Notes: generated by a model from the letters alone, not told the origin. A DNA stretch of 64,000 nt from Vallitalea sp. (GCA_025210235.1 JAOASG010000034.1:63922-127921); one strand, 5' to 3'. Shown: positions 1 to 12,363, counted from the first letter of the stretch. Translations and numbers: made by a program.

Positions 1-128
1 GTTAACTGTAAAACTAATATCATCTACAGCTTTAACTTTTTCGTATTCTTTTGTTAAATTAATTACTTCAAGCATAATATTCACCTCATAAGTTATTTTG
101 TATAATTTCTTTACTTTTCATTACCTAA

Positions 129-1013
129 TCAAACTTCCTCAAATGATGCATTTATAAGATGGTCTGGGTATATTTCTTCTGAAATGAATTCAGTTGTTGG
201 TGTGTTTTTATCTACTTCTTGAAAATCGGCATTATCAAACCAAATTTGTCCTTTATTACCAAGTAGCAATACGCCAATATTGATAATAGATGCGTTTTCT
301 GGGATGTCTAGTACACAAGAATAATAATTCCATTCAGTTGTTCCGGTAATTGCTCTGTTCTGCATATTATCAAGTTTTAATGAAACTCCCGAAGAACTGT
401 CTATTCTCATCCATAACCCACATGAACCCTCTACTCCTTTGGTTTTTACAAAACCTGAGAAGCGCATTCTCTTTCCGACAAAAGATTTTGCACTAATTTG
501 TTGCATTATAGTACCGTATTCATCAGTTGAAAATTCGTCCCCGATACAACGAATTGTAGCTGCTTTTGAACCCATGTGATATATTTCATTGTCTATTCCA
601 AACTGATATTTTTCAGGAGCTGTTCCTGTTATAATCCATCCTTTTATTCTATTTTGTTTATTCAAATTTATTCCTCCTATAATTAAATCTTTAATAGCTG
701 TTCGGTATCTTCCAGGGGGTAATTGATAGACACTTTTAAAAGCTCTTGTAAAGGATTCTTGAGATTCAAAACGATAGGTTAGGGCAATTTCTATTATAGA
801 TGTATTTGTATGTATTAAAACATAAGCTGCCCTAGTAAGTCTTCGCTTTCTGACATAATCATATAATGAAATTCCTACCTCTCTTTTGAAAATTCTATGA
901 AAATAGAATTTTGAAAAACCGACAACTTTAGAAATATCATCTAAAGTCAATTCTTCGTGTAAATTTGATTCAATATAATCTAGTGCAGTCTGAATTTCCT
1001 GAATATGCGTCAT
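129..1013 (-). CDS. AraC family transcriptional regulator (N-terminal AraC HTH, C-terminal effector-binding domain)
   Basis: 294-aa ORF. The N-terminus carries an AraC-type HTH signature (…FSKFYFHRIFKREVGISLYDYVRKRRL…ESQESFTRAFK…). Confidence 0.75.
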   Translation of the reverse strand: MTHIQEIQTALDYIESNLHEELTLDDISKVVGFSKFYFHRIFKREVGISLYDYVRKRRLTRAAYVLIHTNTSIIEIALTYRFESQESFTRAFKSVYQLPPGRYRTAIKDLIIGGINLNKQNRIKGWIITGTAPEKYQFGIDNEIYHMGSKAATIRCIGDEFSTDEYGTIMQQISAKSFVGKRMRFSGFVKTKGVEGSCGLWMRIDSSSGVSLKLDNMQNRAITGTTEWNYYSCVLDIPENASIINIGVLLLGNKGQIWFDNADFQEVDKNTPTTEFISEEIYPDHLINASFEEV

Positions 1014-1299
1014 ATTACCACCTCGTAATTATTATAGCACTTATTCTTATATCGTTTTTGATGATTCTTGCTCTATTTATTTTTAATTTAAGATTAATAT
1101 TGTAAGTTTAAAAATATAATGTATAGAAGTATTGAACAATTCAATTTATATATTACTATAGATTACACTATATTACTATATATTGGAGCAAATTTTGTTG
1201 GTTAGATTTTCTATCTAATAGAATAAATATGTGATAGAATTAAAGTAGCTTGTGCCAATGTATATTAGCACGTTTGTTGTACTTAACATTTCTTGGACC

Positions 1300-1328
1300 T
1301 TGACAAAGTAGGATAATGCGTATAAAAT
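1300..1328 (+). promoter_or_regulatory. sigma-A-type promoter for argF (TTGACA-17-TAAAAT)
   Basis: TTGACA at 1300-1305, a 17-nt spacer, then TAAAAT at 1323-1328, about 50 nt upstream of the argF start. Confidence 0.55.
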
Positions 1329-1377
1329 TATAATTATTAATTATAATGAATAAATATACAGACAAGGAGAGTGTGTT

Positions 1378-2313
1378 ATGGCAGTTAATTTAAAGGGAAA
1401 GAGTTTGCTTACATTAAAGGATTTTACAAAAGAAGAAATTGAATATTTATTAGATTTAGCTTCTGATTTAAAACAGAAGAAAAGAATGGGTATTATTGGT
1501 CAACAGTTAAAAGGGAAAAATGTAGCTTTGATTTTTGAAAAACCTTCCACGAGAACAAGATGTGCTTTTACAGTTGCATGTGTTGATGAAGGGGGACACC
1601 CTGAATACTTAGGGAAAAATGATATTCAGTTAGGGTATAAAGAATCAGTTGAGGATACAGCAAGAGTTCTTGGTAGATTATTTGATGGAATAGAATTTAG
1701 AGGGTTTTCTCAAGATCATGTAAATAAGTTAGCTAAATATAGTGGAGTTCCAGTATTTAATGGTTTAACAGATGATTATCATCCAACTCAAATATTAGCA
1801 GATTTATTAACGATAAAAGAGCAGTTTGGTAAATTAAAAGGTCTTAAGTTTACATATATTGGAGATGGACGTAACAATATGGCTAATAGTTTAATGATAG
1901 GATGTAGTAAAATTGGATTAGATTTTACTTTAGTTGCTCCAAAAGAGTTATGGCCAAATAATGATTTAATAAATGAATGTGAAGGATTTAGTTTGGATTC
2001 TGGTAGTAAGATAGTTATAACTGAAGATATTGATAAAGTTAAAGGATCACATGTGATATATACTGATGTATGGTGTTCTATGGGAGAAGAGGAACAAGCA
2101 GCTGATAGAATTAGTTTATTAAAGCCTTATCAAGTAAATAAAGAGCTTGTATTAAAAACTGAAAAAGATGATACTATTTGTATGCATTGTTTACCAGCAG
2201 TTAAGGGGAATGAAATTACAGAAGATGTATTTGAAAAACATTCAAAAGTAATATTTGATGAAGCAGAAAATAGGATGCATACTATAAAGGCTGTAATGGT
2301 TGCGATGATATAA
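1378..2313 (+). CDS. argF: ornithine carbamoyltransferase
   Basis: 311 aa with the STRTR carbamoyl-phosphate motif, HPTQ and HCLPA motifs. An RBS (GGAGAG) sits upstream. Confidence 0.85.
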   Translation: MAVNLKGKSLLTLKDFTKEEIEYLLDLASDLKQKKRMGIIGQQLKGKNVALIFEKPSTRTRCAFTVACVDEGGHPEYLGKNDIQLGYKESVEDTARVLGRLFDGIEFRGFSQDHVNKLAKYSGVPVFNGLTDDYHPTQILADLLTIKEQFGKLKGLKFTYIGDGRNNMANSLMIGCSKIGLDFTLVAPKELWPNNDLINECEGFSLDSGSKIVITEDIDKVKGSHVIYTDVWCSMGEEEQAADRISLLKPYQVNKELVLKTEKDDTICMHCLPAVKGNEITEDVFEKHSKVIFDEAENRMHTIKAVMVAMI

Positions 2314-2390
2314 ATGCTGTTGTTTATCCTTGAAGAGTTTAGGAAATAAATGTATAATGTATTCAGTACGTTTTGAAAGTAGGATGAACT

Positions 2391-3371
2391 ATGAAAGGGA
2401 AAGTGTTACAGTTATTAAATAATGCAGATGATTATATATCTGGGGAAGAGATTAGCAATAAACTTGGTGTTTCAAGAACTGCTATATGGAAAGTAATGAA
2501 TCAGTTAAGAGACAAGGGTTATGAGATTGAATCAGTTACACGTAAAGGTTATAGATTACTATCGTCTCCAGATATATTAAATGAAGCAGAGATAAAGTAT
2601 GATCTCAAAAGTAAATTAATTGGTAAAAAAGTTATTACATTTGATAGTATAGATTCGACTAATAAATATGGGAAAAAGATTGCTTTAGAAGGTGAAGAAG
2701 AAGGTACTGTTATTATTTCTGAAGAACAAAAAGCTGGAAAGGGTAGAAGGGGTAGGAATTGGGTATCTCCACCTAGAGAAGGTATATGGATGTCCATTAT
2801 TTTAAGACCTAATACAGCACCAGAAAATGCTTCTATGATAACGTTAGTTGCAGGACTAGCTGTTTGTAAAGCTATACGTGAAATTACAAGTTTAGAAGCT
2901 ATGATTAAATGGCCTAATGATATAGTTATAAACGGTAAAAAAATATGTGGGTTATTAACAGAGATGAATTCAGAAATAGATTTCATCAATTTTGTGATTG
3001 TTGGAATTGGAATTAACGTTAATATATCTAAGTTCCCGTCTGAACTTAAAGAAATTGCTACTTCTTTATTATTAGAAGGAAATGGCCCTTATAATAGAAA
3101 AATAATAGTTAAAAGAACTATTGAATTATTTGAAGATTATTATAACACATATCTTAAAACCGAAGATTTAACTAATATTATTGATGAATATAATGATTAT
3201 TGTATTAACATAAATAGAAAAGTTCAAGTTATAAGTAAAAAAGAAAATATATTAGGTACAGTTAAGAATGTTACTAAAAAAGGTGAACTTATAGTAACAA
3301 ACTCTAATGGAGATGATATGATAGTAACATCAGGTGAAGTTTCTGTTAGAGGATTATATGGATATGTTTAA
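2391..3371 (+). CDS. birA: bifunctional biotin-[acetyl-CoA-carboxylase] ligase / biotin operon repressor
   Basis: 326 aa with an N-terminal winged HTH and a biotin-protein-ligase core carrying the GRRGRNW motif. Confidence 0.85.
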   Translation: MKGKVLQLLNNADDYISGEEISNKLGVSRTAIWKVMNQLRDKGYEIESVTRKGYRLLSSPDILNEAEIKYDLKSKLIGKKVITFDSIDSTNKYGKKIALEGEEEGTVIISEEQKAGKGRRGRNWVSPPREGIWMSIILRPNTAPENASMITLVAGLAVCKAIREITSLEAMIKWPNDIVINGKKICGLLTEMNSEIDFINFVIVGIGINVNISKFPSELKEIATSLLLEGNGPYNRKIIVKRTIELFEDYYNTYLKTEDLTNIIDEYNDYCININRKVQVISKKENILGTVKNVTKKGELIVTNSNGDDMIVTSGEVSVRGLYGYV

Positions 3372-3391
3372 TATGAAAGGGTTTGATATAG

Positions 3392-3718
3392 ATGTTTGAT
3401 GAAAGAGTGATATTATCAGTTTCTAATGTATATGAAAAGAAATACTTTTTGAGTGAAGATTTTGAACAGTTACCACAAAACGTAAAAGATGAATTAAAAA
3501 TTTTATCTGTTTTATATACAGAAGATGTTGGTGGAATACTTACAATTGGATTTGAAGAGAATGGTGATTTGTATCTTGAAGTAGAAGCTAATGAGAATGA
3601 TTTATTATTTGATGATATAGGTAGTGTTTTAAAAATAAAACAATTACAAAATGATAAAAAAGAGTTATGGGAGTCATTAGAAACATATTTTAAAGTGTTT
3701 TATTTAGGAGAAGAATAG
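3392..3718 (+). CDS. hypothetical protein (acidic, 108 aa)
   Basis: ORF with an RBS, tightly packed after birA. No domain recognised. Confidence 0.5.
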   Translation: MFDERVILSVSNVYEKKYFLSEDFEQLPQNVKDELKILSVLYTEDVGGILTIGFEENGDLYLEVEANENDLLFDDIGSVLKIKQLQNDKKELWESLETYFKVFYLGEE

Positions 3719-3771
3719 GTAAATTTATAACTAATTACTTATTAAGAAGAATAAAAGTTGGAGGCAGATAT

Positions 3772-4077
3772 ATGATACGTCATGTAGTAATGTTTCAATA
3801 TAAGGAAGAAGCAGAAGGAAGTAAAAAAGAGAATAACTTAATAAAATCAAAAGAATTATTAGAAAGCTTAGTAAACAAAGTTAAAGAAATCAAGTGTTTA
3901 CATGTGGGATTAAATGATAAAGAAGCAGATAATTCAAACTTTGACTTAGTTTTAACCGTAGATGTAGAAAGTATGGCGGATTTAGAGGCGTATCAGATTA
4001 ATCCCGATCATAAAGAAGTTGGTAAATTTATTAAGAAGGTGGCAAAAGCAAGGGCATGTGTAGATTATAAAATGTAA
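3772..4077 (+). CDS. Dabb-family stress-responsive alpha/beta-barrel protein
   Basis: 101 aa beginning MIRHVVMF. Size and pattern fit the dimeric alpha-beta barrel (Dabb) family. An RBS (GGAGG) is present. Confidence 0.55.
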   Translation: MIRHVVMFQYKEEAEGSKKENNLIKSKELLESLVNKVKEIKCLHVGLNDKEADNSNFDLVLTVDVESMADLEAYQINPDHKEVGKFIKKVAKARACVDYKM

Positions 4078-4090
4078 AGATTTATTAATA

Positions 4091-4149
4091 GCTCAACTTT
4101 CTGACCTTGAATGAAATGCAGTTATTGAATTGTGGTGGGAAAGTTGAGT
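4091..4149 (+). promoter_or_regulatory. 11-bp perfect inverted repeat (GCTCAACTTTC … GAAAGTTGAGT) in the coaX leader, containing recurrent motif copy 1
   Basis: GCTCAACTTTC at 4091-4101 pairs with GAAAGTTGAGT at 4139-4149, with a 37-nt loop. The motif TGGGAAAGTTGAGT is also found at 30326 and 46175. Confidence 0.5.
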
Positions 4150-4332
4150 TATTAATTGAAAAAATATAAATAAAAATGTACAATATATAGTGGTAATAGG
4201 ACTTTATTTCAGTGTCCTTATATTACCACTAATTTAATAGGTAAATGCAAAACTAAGAAATTTTAATTCTTCTACATACAATATGTAGATTTGCAAATAC
4301 TTTACTAATTTGACAAACAAGGAAGTGATTAA

Positions 4333-5103
4333 ATGTTATTAGTTATTGACATTGGAAATACTAATATAGTATTAGGTGCATATAAGAATGATGAATTAGT
4401 AGCAAGTTGGAGGATGACAACAAAGACGCCTAGAACATCAGATGAATATGGATTATTTATGTATAGTCTACTTACACATAAAAATATAAATGTAGATGAT
4501 ATAAAAGATGTAATAATAGCTTCTGTAGTCCCTAATATTATGTATTCTTTAGTTAATGGTATTATTAAATATTTTCATACAAAACCAATTATTGTAGGAC
4601 CAGGGTTAAAAACAGGCATTAATATTAGGACGGATAATCCAAAAGAAGTAGGTGCAGATAGAATAGTTAATATAGTAAGTGCTTACTATACTTATGGTGG
4701 TCCAGCAATTGTTATTGATTTTGGTACAGCTACTACTTATGATATAGTAACAGAAGATGGTGTATTTAATGCGGCAATTACATCACCGGGTATTAAAATA
4801 AGCGCCAATGCATTAGGGAAAATGGCGGCAAAGCTTCCAGAGATAGAGATTAAAAAACCAGAAAGTATACTTGCAAAAAATACAATAACAAGTATGCAGG
4901 CAGGACTTATATATGGATATATAGGACAAGTAGAATACATTGTAACAAAAGTAAAAGAAGAAATGAATTTACCTGATATGAAAGTAGTTGCTACAGGCGG
5001 ACTTGCAAAAATAATTTTTTCAGAAACAGATAAAATAGATATATATGATCCTATGTTAACATTAAAGGGACTTAAAATTATATATGACAAAAACAAAAAA
5101 TGA
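4333..5103 (+). CDS. coaX: type III pantothenate kinase
   Basis: 256 aa with an [12 protein letters not shown]-terminus and the ASKHA fold signature of CoaX. Confidence 0.9.
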   Translation: MLLVIDIGNTNIVLGAYKNDELVASWRMTTKTPRTSDEYGLFMYSLLTHKNINVDDIKDVIIASVVPNIMYSLVNGIIKYFHTKPIIVGPGLKTGINIRTDNPKEVGADRIVNIVSAYYTYGGPAIVIDFGTATTYDIVTEDGVFNAAITSPGIKISANALGKMAAKLPEIEIKKPESILAKNTITSMQAGLIYGYIGQVEYIVTKVKEEMNLPDMKVVATGGLAKIIFSETDKIDIYDPMLTLKGLKIIYDKNKK

Positions 5104-6089
5104 GTGATGTTATGAAACTTAAAATTAAGAATGTAGAATTAGAAAACAATGTTATATTAGCGCCTATGGCTGGGGTTACTGATTTGCCATATAGGATTTT
5201 ATGCAAGGAGCAAGGTTGTGGATTAGTTTATACAGAAATGGTTAGTGCAAAAGCTATTTATTATAATAATAAAAACACTAAGTTATTATTACAAATAAAT
5301 GAAAAAGAAAGACCAGTTGCTGTACAATTATTTGGCTCTGAACCTGATTTGATGGCAGATATGGCAAAAAAAATAGTACAAGAAAATCCCCTAATAGATA
5401 TAATAGATATTAATATGGGATGTCCAGTTCCAAAAGTAGTTAATAACAATGAAGGATCAGCGCTTATGAAAAATCCTAAACTTGTTGGAGAAATTGTTAA
5501 TAAAGTTTCAAAAGCTATTGATATACCACTAACAATTAAAATAAGAAAAGGATTTGATGAAAGTTCTATAAATGCTGTAGAGATAGCAAAAATAGCAGAA
5601 GAAAATGGTGCAGCGGCAATCGGAGTTCATGGGAGAACTAGAGAACAATATTATAGTGGCAAAGCCGATTGGAATATAATTAGGAAAGTAAAAGAATCGG
5701 TTTATATTCCTGTTCTTGGTAATGGAGATATATTTCAACCAGAAGATGCCAAACGAATGATTGACGAGACAAATTGTGATGGAATATTAATAGGTAGAGG
5801 AGCACAAGGTAATCCATGGATATTTAAGAGGATAATACATTATTTAAATAATGATGAATTATTATCATTACCAGACATTAATGAGATTGTTAATACTATG
5901 AGTAGACATTTAGAAATGCTAACTAATTATAAAGGGGAGTATACAGCTGTACGAGAGATGAGAAAGCATATATCTTGGTATACAAAAGGCTTACCAGGTT
6001 CGACATATATTAGAAAAGAGATTAATAGTATTGAATCTATGGATAAATTAAAAGATAAATTAAAAGAACTAAAGGATTTTTATCAATAA
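5100..6089 (+). CDS. dusB: tRNA-dihydrouridine synthase
   Basis: 329 aa, FMN-dependent Dus family (…LAPMAGVTD…NMGCP…). It overlaps the coaX stop by 4 bp. Confidence 0.85.
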   Translation: MSDVMKLKIKNVELENNVILAPMAGVTDLPYRILCKEQGCGLVYTEMVSAKAIYYNNKNTKLLLQINEKERPVAVQLFGSEPDLMADMAKKIVQENPLIDIIDINMGCPVPKVVNNNEGSALMKNPKLVGEIVNKVSKAIDIPLTIKIRKGFDESSINAVEIAKIAEENGAAAIGVHGRTREQYYSGKADWNIIRKVKESVYIPVLGNGDIFQPEDAKRMIDETNCDGILIGRGAQGNPWIFKRIIHYLNNDELLSLPDINEIVNTMSRHLEMLTNYKGEYTAVREMRKHISWYTKGLPGSTYIRKEINSIESMDKLKDKLKELKDFYQ

Positions 6090-6215
6090 CTTATTGTTAA
6101 TAGATCTTAAAAATATTAACTATACTAACATATATTATAAATACAAGAAAATTACATGTATAAAATTTATAATGTGATAATAAATTATACTAAAACATAA
6201 AACTGAAGTGAATGT

Positions 6216-7154
6216 ATGTTTAAAAAATATGCTATTATTAGAGCTAATAAAGAGCTAGAAGATATTAGTTTTAGAAATCCATTTATTAGATATTTTCCTA
6301 ATAAGATGATTCGAAAGTATATAATGAAAAAATTTCCTTTAGATATATCAGAAGTTAAATATTTAGATAATGTAGGACTTGATATTAAGTTACCTATTAT
6401 TGAAAAAGAAATAGAAGATGAATGGTATATTAGAAAAATAATTCAATTATTTAACAGTAGAATGTTGATTTATAATATTAATACAATAATTGTATCGAAA
6501 GAATTGGGAAACTTTAAACATGAATTTGAATCATTAATAGCAGATGAAAAAGCTATTCAATTTTTGTATATTGATAAAGTAATAGAAAAAATAACTAATT
6601 GTATAAATAAGGAATTAAAAGATATGAATTTTGTTATAATAGATGGAGATAATAGTAAAACTAGATATATTATAGATCAGATATATCATGGTATTAATTC
6701 TCTAACTATTGTAACATCAAAACCACAAATATTTGAGGATAGAGTTGAAGAAATTTTTAATGAAACAGGTTTAGCTATTGCAATAACTAATAACAGTATT
6801 AATCAAGATATATCTAGTGATATTGTTATAAATTGTAATAAAGAACAAGATAAGATTTTTTATTGCTTTGAAGAAGACTCATATATAATTGATTTTATAT
6901 CAAGTGATGATAAGATTAAAAACATAATTATAAAAAGAAGTGATATTAACATAGTTACAGGAATAGATATGTATGTTGATAATCGTCTTATTAGTAAAGA
7001 ATTATTCCATGGTATTTTACTAAATGAGAATCGTCTGTTAAGAAGTATGTATTTATATGGATATAAAACAAATATGTGTGATAGGTTAAACAAAATCAAA
7101 TCTAAATATCATCTAACGATAGGGAAAATATACCAAAGGAGTCAACAACTATAA
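6216..7154 (+). CDS. hypothetical protein (312 aa, Ile/Asn/Lys-rich)
   Basis: Long ORF between dusB and greA with no recognisable domain. Confidence 0.5.
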   Translation: MFKKYAIIRANKELEDISFRNPFIRYFPNKMIRKYIMKKFPLDISEVKYLDNVGLDIKLPIIEKEIEDEWYIRKIIQLFNSRMLIYNINTIIVSKELGNFKHEFESLIADEKAIQFLYIDKVIEKITNCINKELKDMNFVIIDGDNSKTRYIIDQIYHGINSLTIVTSKPQIFEDRVEEIFNETGLAIAITNNSINQDISSDIVINCNKEQDKIFYCFEEDSYIIDFISSDDKIKNIIIKRSDINIVTGIDMYVDNRLISKELFHGILLNENRLLRSMYLYGYKTNMCDRLNKIKSKYHLTIGKIYQRSQQL

Positions 7155-7215
7155 ATCAACGATAATAATAAGAAAGTAAAATGATTTTTTAAGAAAGAAT
7201 AAATAATTTTTAATA

Positions 7216-7244
7216 TTGACAACTTAGTATTATTAAGTTATAAT
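7216..7244 (+). promoter_or_regulatory. consensus sigma-A promoter for greA (TTGACA-17-TATAAT)
   Basis: TTGACA at 7216-7221 and TATAAT at 7239-7244, with an exact 17-nt spacer. Confidence 0.65.
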
Positions 7245-7401
7245 ACCTTGAATATGATACTATCAATTAATAAAATCAATAAGTATTGGGGAGCGATTAA
7301 TTTTATTAACTAAAACTTCATATTTCATAATTTATTAATTCTAAGTTAGAGGTTTGAGTTATTAGAAATAAAAATTATATTAAGAGGAAGGGTGTAGCAA
7401 G

Positions 7402-7878
7402 ATGCCTGACAAAAAAGTTATACTAACATATAATGGATTAAAAGAATTAGAAGAAGAAATTCAAAATCTAAAAATTGTTAGAAGAAAAGAAGTAGCAGAA
7501 AAGATAAAAGAAGCAAGAGCACAAGGTGACTTATCGGAGAATGCAGAATATGATGCAGCTAAAGAAGAACAAGGTGAAATAGAAACTAGAATTGTAGAGA
7601 TTGAGAAAATATTAAAAAATGCTGAAGTAATTGACGAAGAAGAAATTTCACTAGAAACAATTAATGTAGGATGTAAAGTAAATTTATATGATTTAGAATT
7701 TGAAGAAGAAGTTGACTATGCTATAGTTGGTTCAATGGAAGCTGATCCGTTGAATTATAAAATATCTAATGAATCACCAGTAGGAAGAGCTTTAATTGGT
7801 TCAAAAATTGGAGATTTAGTAGAGGCAGAGACTCCTAATGGAGTTGTAAAATTAAAAGTATTAGATATTCATAGATAA
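7402..7878 (+). CDS. greA: transcription elongation factor GreA
   Basis: 158 aa with an N-terminal coiled coil carrying acidic tip residues and a C-terminal FKBP-like domain. Confidence 0.9.
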   Translation: MPDKKVILTYNGLKELEEEIQNLKIVRRKEVAEKIKEARAQGDLSENAEYDAAKEEQGEIETRIVEIEKILKNAEVIDEEEISLETINVGCKVNLYDLEFEEEVDYAIVGSMEADPLNYKISNESPVGRALIGSKIGDLVEAETPNGVVKLKVLDIHR

Positions 7879-7946
7879 TAATTATTGAACATATGATTTA
7901 GACTGTTTTGTACAAAAGATTATAAGTATACAAGGAGGGCTTGTAA

Positions 7947-9437
<1,491 letters not shown>

Positions 9438-9446
9438 TTTATATTG

Positions 9447-9477
9447 AAAACCTCTTATTGATTAAGGGGTTTTCTTT
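9447..9477 (+). terminator. rho-independent terminator after lysS
   Basis: AAAACCTCTT-attgatt-AAGGGGTTTT, a 10-bp stem with one G·U pair, followed by TTTCTTT. Confidence 0.7.
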
Positions 9478-9682
9478 ACGTTGATTAAGAAAATTTGTGT
9501 GTGCAATACTATAGATAAAATGTTTTATTTAAATTTAATTAAATACTAATTAAAAAGTGTCGAAAATAAAATTTTTATGTGATATAATTGAAATGATATT
9601 ATAATATGCGGATTGATCTAATAAATAATAGGTAATTTTTATAATTAATTAAAAAATAAGAGTAAAGAGAGGGAATATTTGG

Positions 9683-10945
9683 ATGGCTTATCTTAAGAGA
9701 CGCAATAAAAAGAAATACTGGATTTTGATTTTAGCAATTATCGTTGTGAGTATTCCCATAATATATGTTAATACTCATAAGAAAGATCAAGAAGATAAGA
9801 GTAATCTTAAGTTAGATAATAACACAGTAAATGAAAATAATGATATTAAGTCTAATGATAATTCATTAGAAGTTGGATTTGATGATTATATAGATACGCC
9901 TAATATTAATTATAGATTATATAAAAAGACACCAAAAGTAAAAGGACTTTATGTTAATGCTCATACGATTACTCAAAAGGAAAAGTTTAATTCCATTATT
10001 AATATAGCAAATACTACAGAAATTAATGCATTCGTAATTGATGTTAAAGACGATGAAGGTAAGATTACTTATAATATGAATAACAAAGAGTCAGATGATA
10101 TAAAGGCAGAAAGAGTAAGTATCCGAGATATAGACGGTCTTATGGATAGATTATATGAAAATGATATTTATCCTATAGCACGTATAGTTGCATTTAAAGA
10201 CCCTCATGCATCAAAAAATATTAAAGACTATGCAATTAAAAATAAAGATGGTAGTTTATGGGAATATGGTGAAATAACATGGCTTAATCCTTATAATGAA
10301 GGAGCATGGAATTATGTCATAAATGTTGCAAAAGAAGCAGCAAAAGCAGGATTTAAAGAAATCCAATTTGATTATATAAGATTTGAAGCTACTAAAAAAT
10401 TAAAGAATGCTTATTTTGGAGAAATAGGTGAAACCAAAAACAGGATGGAAACAATAGCTCATTTTGTTGAATATGCGATGAAAGAGTTAGAGCCATATAA
10501 TGTTAAAGTTTCGGCTGATGTATTTGGAACAATTATAACAAGTAAAGTAGATGCAAAAGCTATTGGACAAGATTATTTAAAGATGGCTGAAAAGCTAGAT
10601 GTTATTTGTCCTATGGTATATCCATCTCATTATGGGAAAGGTTTTTTTGGTATCCCAAAAAACAAACACTCTGATTTATATCCATATGAAACTATATTTG
10701 GATCTATGACAGCTTCTAATAAAAAATATGAAGAGTTAAAAGGGAAACGTGCTGCTATAGTAAGACCATGGCTTCAAGCTTTTACAGCTGGATATTTAGG
10801 TTCAGGTAATTATAAAATATATGGAGGAGAAGAAATTAGAGCTCAAATACAAGCAGTATATGATGCTGGACTGGATGAGTGGATTTTATGGCATGCAGGA
10901 TCTAGTTATACTAAAGATGGATTAATGAGTAATAATATACAGTAG
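9683..10945 (+). CDS. membrane-anchored putative glycoside-hydrolase-like TIM-barrel protein (DUF4015-like)
   Basis: 420 aa with an N-terminal TM helix. The pattern recalls GH-like TIM-barrel families, recalled from memory rather than searched. Confidence 0.45.
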   Translation: MAYLKRRNKKKYWILILAIIVVSIPIIYVNTHKKDQEDKSNLKLDNNTVNENNDIKSNDNSLEVGFDDYIDTPNINYRLYKKTPKVKGLYVNAHTITQKEKFNSIINIANTTEINAFVIDVKDDEGKITYNMNNKESDDIKAERVSIRDIDGLMDRLYENDIYPIARIVAFKDPHASKNIKDYAIKNKDGSLWEYGEITWLNPYNEGAWNYVINVAKEAAKAGFKEIQFDYIRFEATKKLKNAYFGEIGETKNRMETIAHFVEYAMKELEPYNVKVSADVFGTIITSKVDAKAIGQDYLKMAEKLDVICPMVYPSHYGKGFFGIPKNKHSDLYPYETIFGSMTASNKKYEELKGKRAAIVRPWLQAFTAGYLGSGNYKIYGGEEIRAQIQAVYDAGLDEWILWHAGSSYTKDGLMSNNIQ

Positions 10946-10974
10946 TAATAGATTTGGAATGAGGTGAGCACTGG

Positions 10975-11352
10975 GTGAATAAGGAAAAAGTTAAGATAAT
11001 GACTAATTTAGCAATTTATGAGAAGAATTTAGGTAAAGATGATTTTACCGTAAATAATTTTTTTAAATCTAATTATATATCTTATAATAATTTTAAAACA
11101 CGTTTAGGTGTTGCAATTGCAATGTGTATTATTTTTGCAGGAGATTTAATGAGAAGAATAACAAAAGATATTAATAATATAACTGAAATAGATTATGTTA
11201 GTATTGGTATTAGATATCTAATAATATTAGCGATTGTACTAACTATTTATACAATTTTATCAACTTTTATATATAAAAAAAGATATAAAAACGCAGAAAC
11301 AAGAATTGAAAAATATAAAAAACTAATTAATAAACTAGATAGTTACAAATAA
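10975..11352 (+). CDS. small membrane protein (2 TM)
   Basis: 125-aa ORF with two hydrophobic segments, 30 bp downstream of the preceding gene. Confidence 0.5.
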   Translation: MNKEKVKIMTNLAIYEKNLGKDDFTVNNFFKSNYISYNNFKTRLGVAIAMCIIFAGDLMRRITKDINNITEIDYVSIGIRYLIILAIVLTIYTILSTFIYKKRYKNAETRIEKYKKLINKLDSYK

Positions 11353-11397
11353 ATATTCAATTAAGAAGTTGGATAGTTAGATTTTAAGGAGGAAATA

Positions 11398-12363
11398 TTG
11401 GTTATGACTAAGCTTTATGAGATAAGAGAAGTACTCATAACATTTTTTAAGAGATATGAAAGGTTTATAGTACCAATAACTAAATTTATTTTTTCGTTAT
11501 TAGTTTTTACAAGATTAAATGGATTTTTAAATAATGCGAAATTATTAAATGGTGCTTTAATAAATGTTATACTAGCTGTTATTGGAAGTTTTATACCAGG
11601 TAATTGGCTATTACTATTAATAATTTTTGTTATTAGCTCTCACCTATTTTATGTTTCTATTGAAGCAGTAGCATTGATATTTGTAATTATGATTGTTATT
11701 TATCTTATGTATATTAGAATTTTTCCTAAGATGAGTTATTTTATTATTTTTGTACCATTAGCTTTTTCCTTGGGAATACCATATATAGTTCCAATTTTCG
11801 CAGGATTATTTTATGGACCAATTACAATTATATCTATTTGTTTAGGTGTTATAGTGTACTATTTTTCAGGGCATATGTCATCAATTATAGCAATTAAAGC
11901 TGCTGATTTAACTGATTTACCTGATTCAATTACTACTATGTACAAAACCATTATGGAATCTTTATTAAATGATAAGGCTATGATGTTAACAATTATTATT
12001 TTTATAGCAGTTATATTAATTACATATTTTATAAGTCGTTTAGAAATAGATTATGTGTGGTATATTTCAATTGTTACTGGTGGTATAACTAATATGCTTG
12101 GTTTTACTATTGGAAATATTATTTTAAAAACAGATATTAGTATAATTGGCGTAATCTTAGGTTCTATATTTGCAATAATTATTGTTACTATATGTCAGTT
12201 TTTAAAAGTATCACTTCATTATACTAGGGCTGAAAAAGTTCAATTTGAAGATGATGACTACATTTATTATGTTAAAGCTATACCAAAAATTAAAATTAGT
12301 AAACAAGTTCGAAGAGTTAAGCATATAAATAGTATTAAAAAAGAAGTAAAACATAAAAATTAA
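11398..12363 (+). CDS. polytopic integral membrane protein (≥8 TM)
   Basis: 321 aa, strongly hydrophobic with a basic C-terminal tail. No family recognised. Confidence 0.5.
   Translation: MVMTKLYEIREVLITFFKRYERFIVPITKFIFSLLVFTRLNGFLNNAKLLNGALINVILAVIGSFIPGNWLLLLIIFVISSHLFYVSIEAVALIFVIMIVIYLMYIRIFPKMSYFIIFVPLAFSLGIPYIVPIFAGLFYGPITIISICLGVIVYYFSGHMSSIIAIKAADLTDLPDSITTMYKTIMESLLNDKAMMLTIIIFIAVILITYFISRLEIDYVWYISIVTGGITNMLGFTIGNIILKTDISIIGVILGSIFAIIIVTICQFLKVSLHYTRAEKVQFEDDDYIYYVKAIPKIKISKQVRRVKHINSIKKEVKHKN

Noticed and set aside
1140-1200. ARG-box / ArgR operator upstream of argF (palindrome ATTGAACAATTCAAT)
   Set aside because: Half-site spacing is shorter than the 18-bp TnTGAATwwwwATTCAnA consensus, so ArgR binding cannot be supported from sequence alone.
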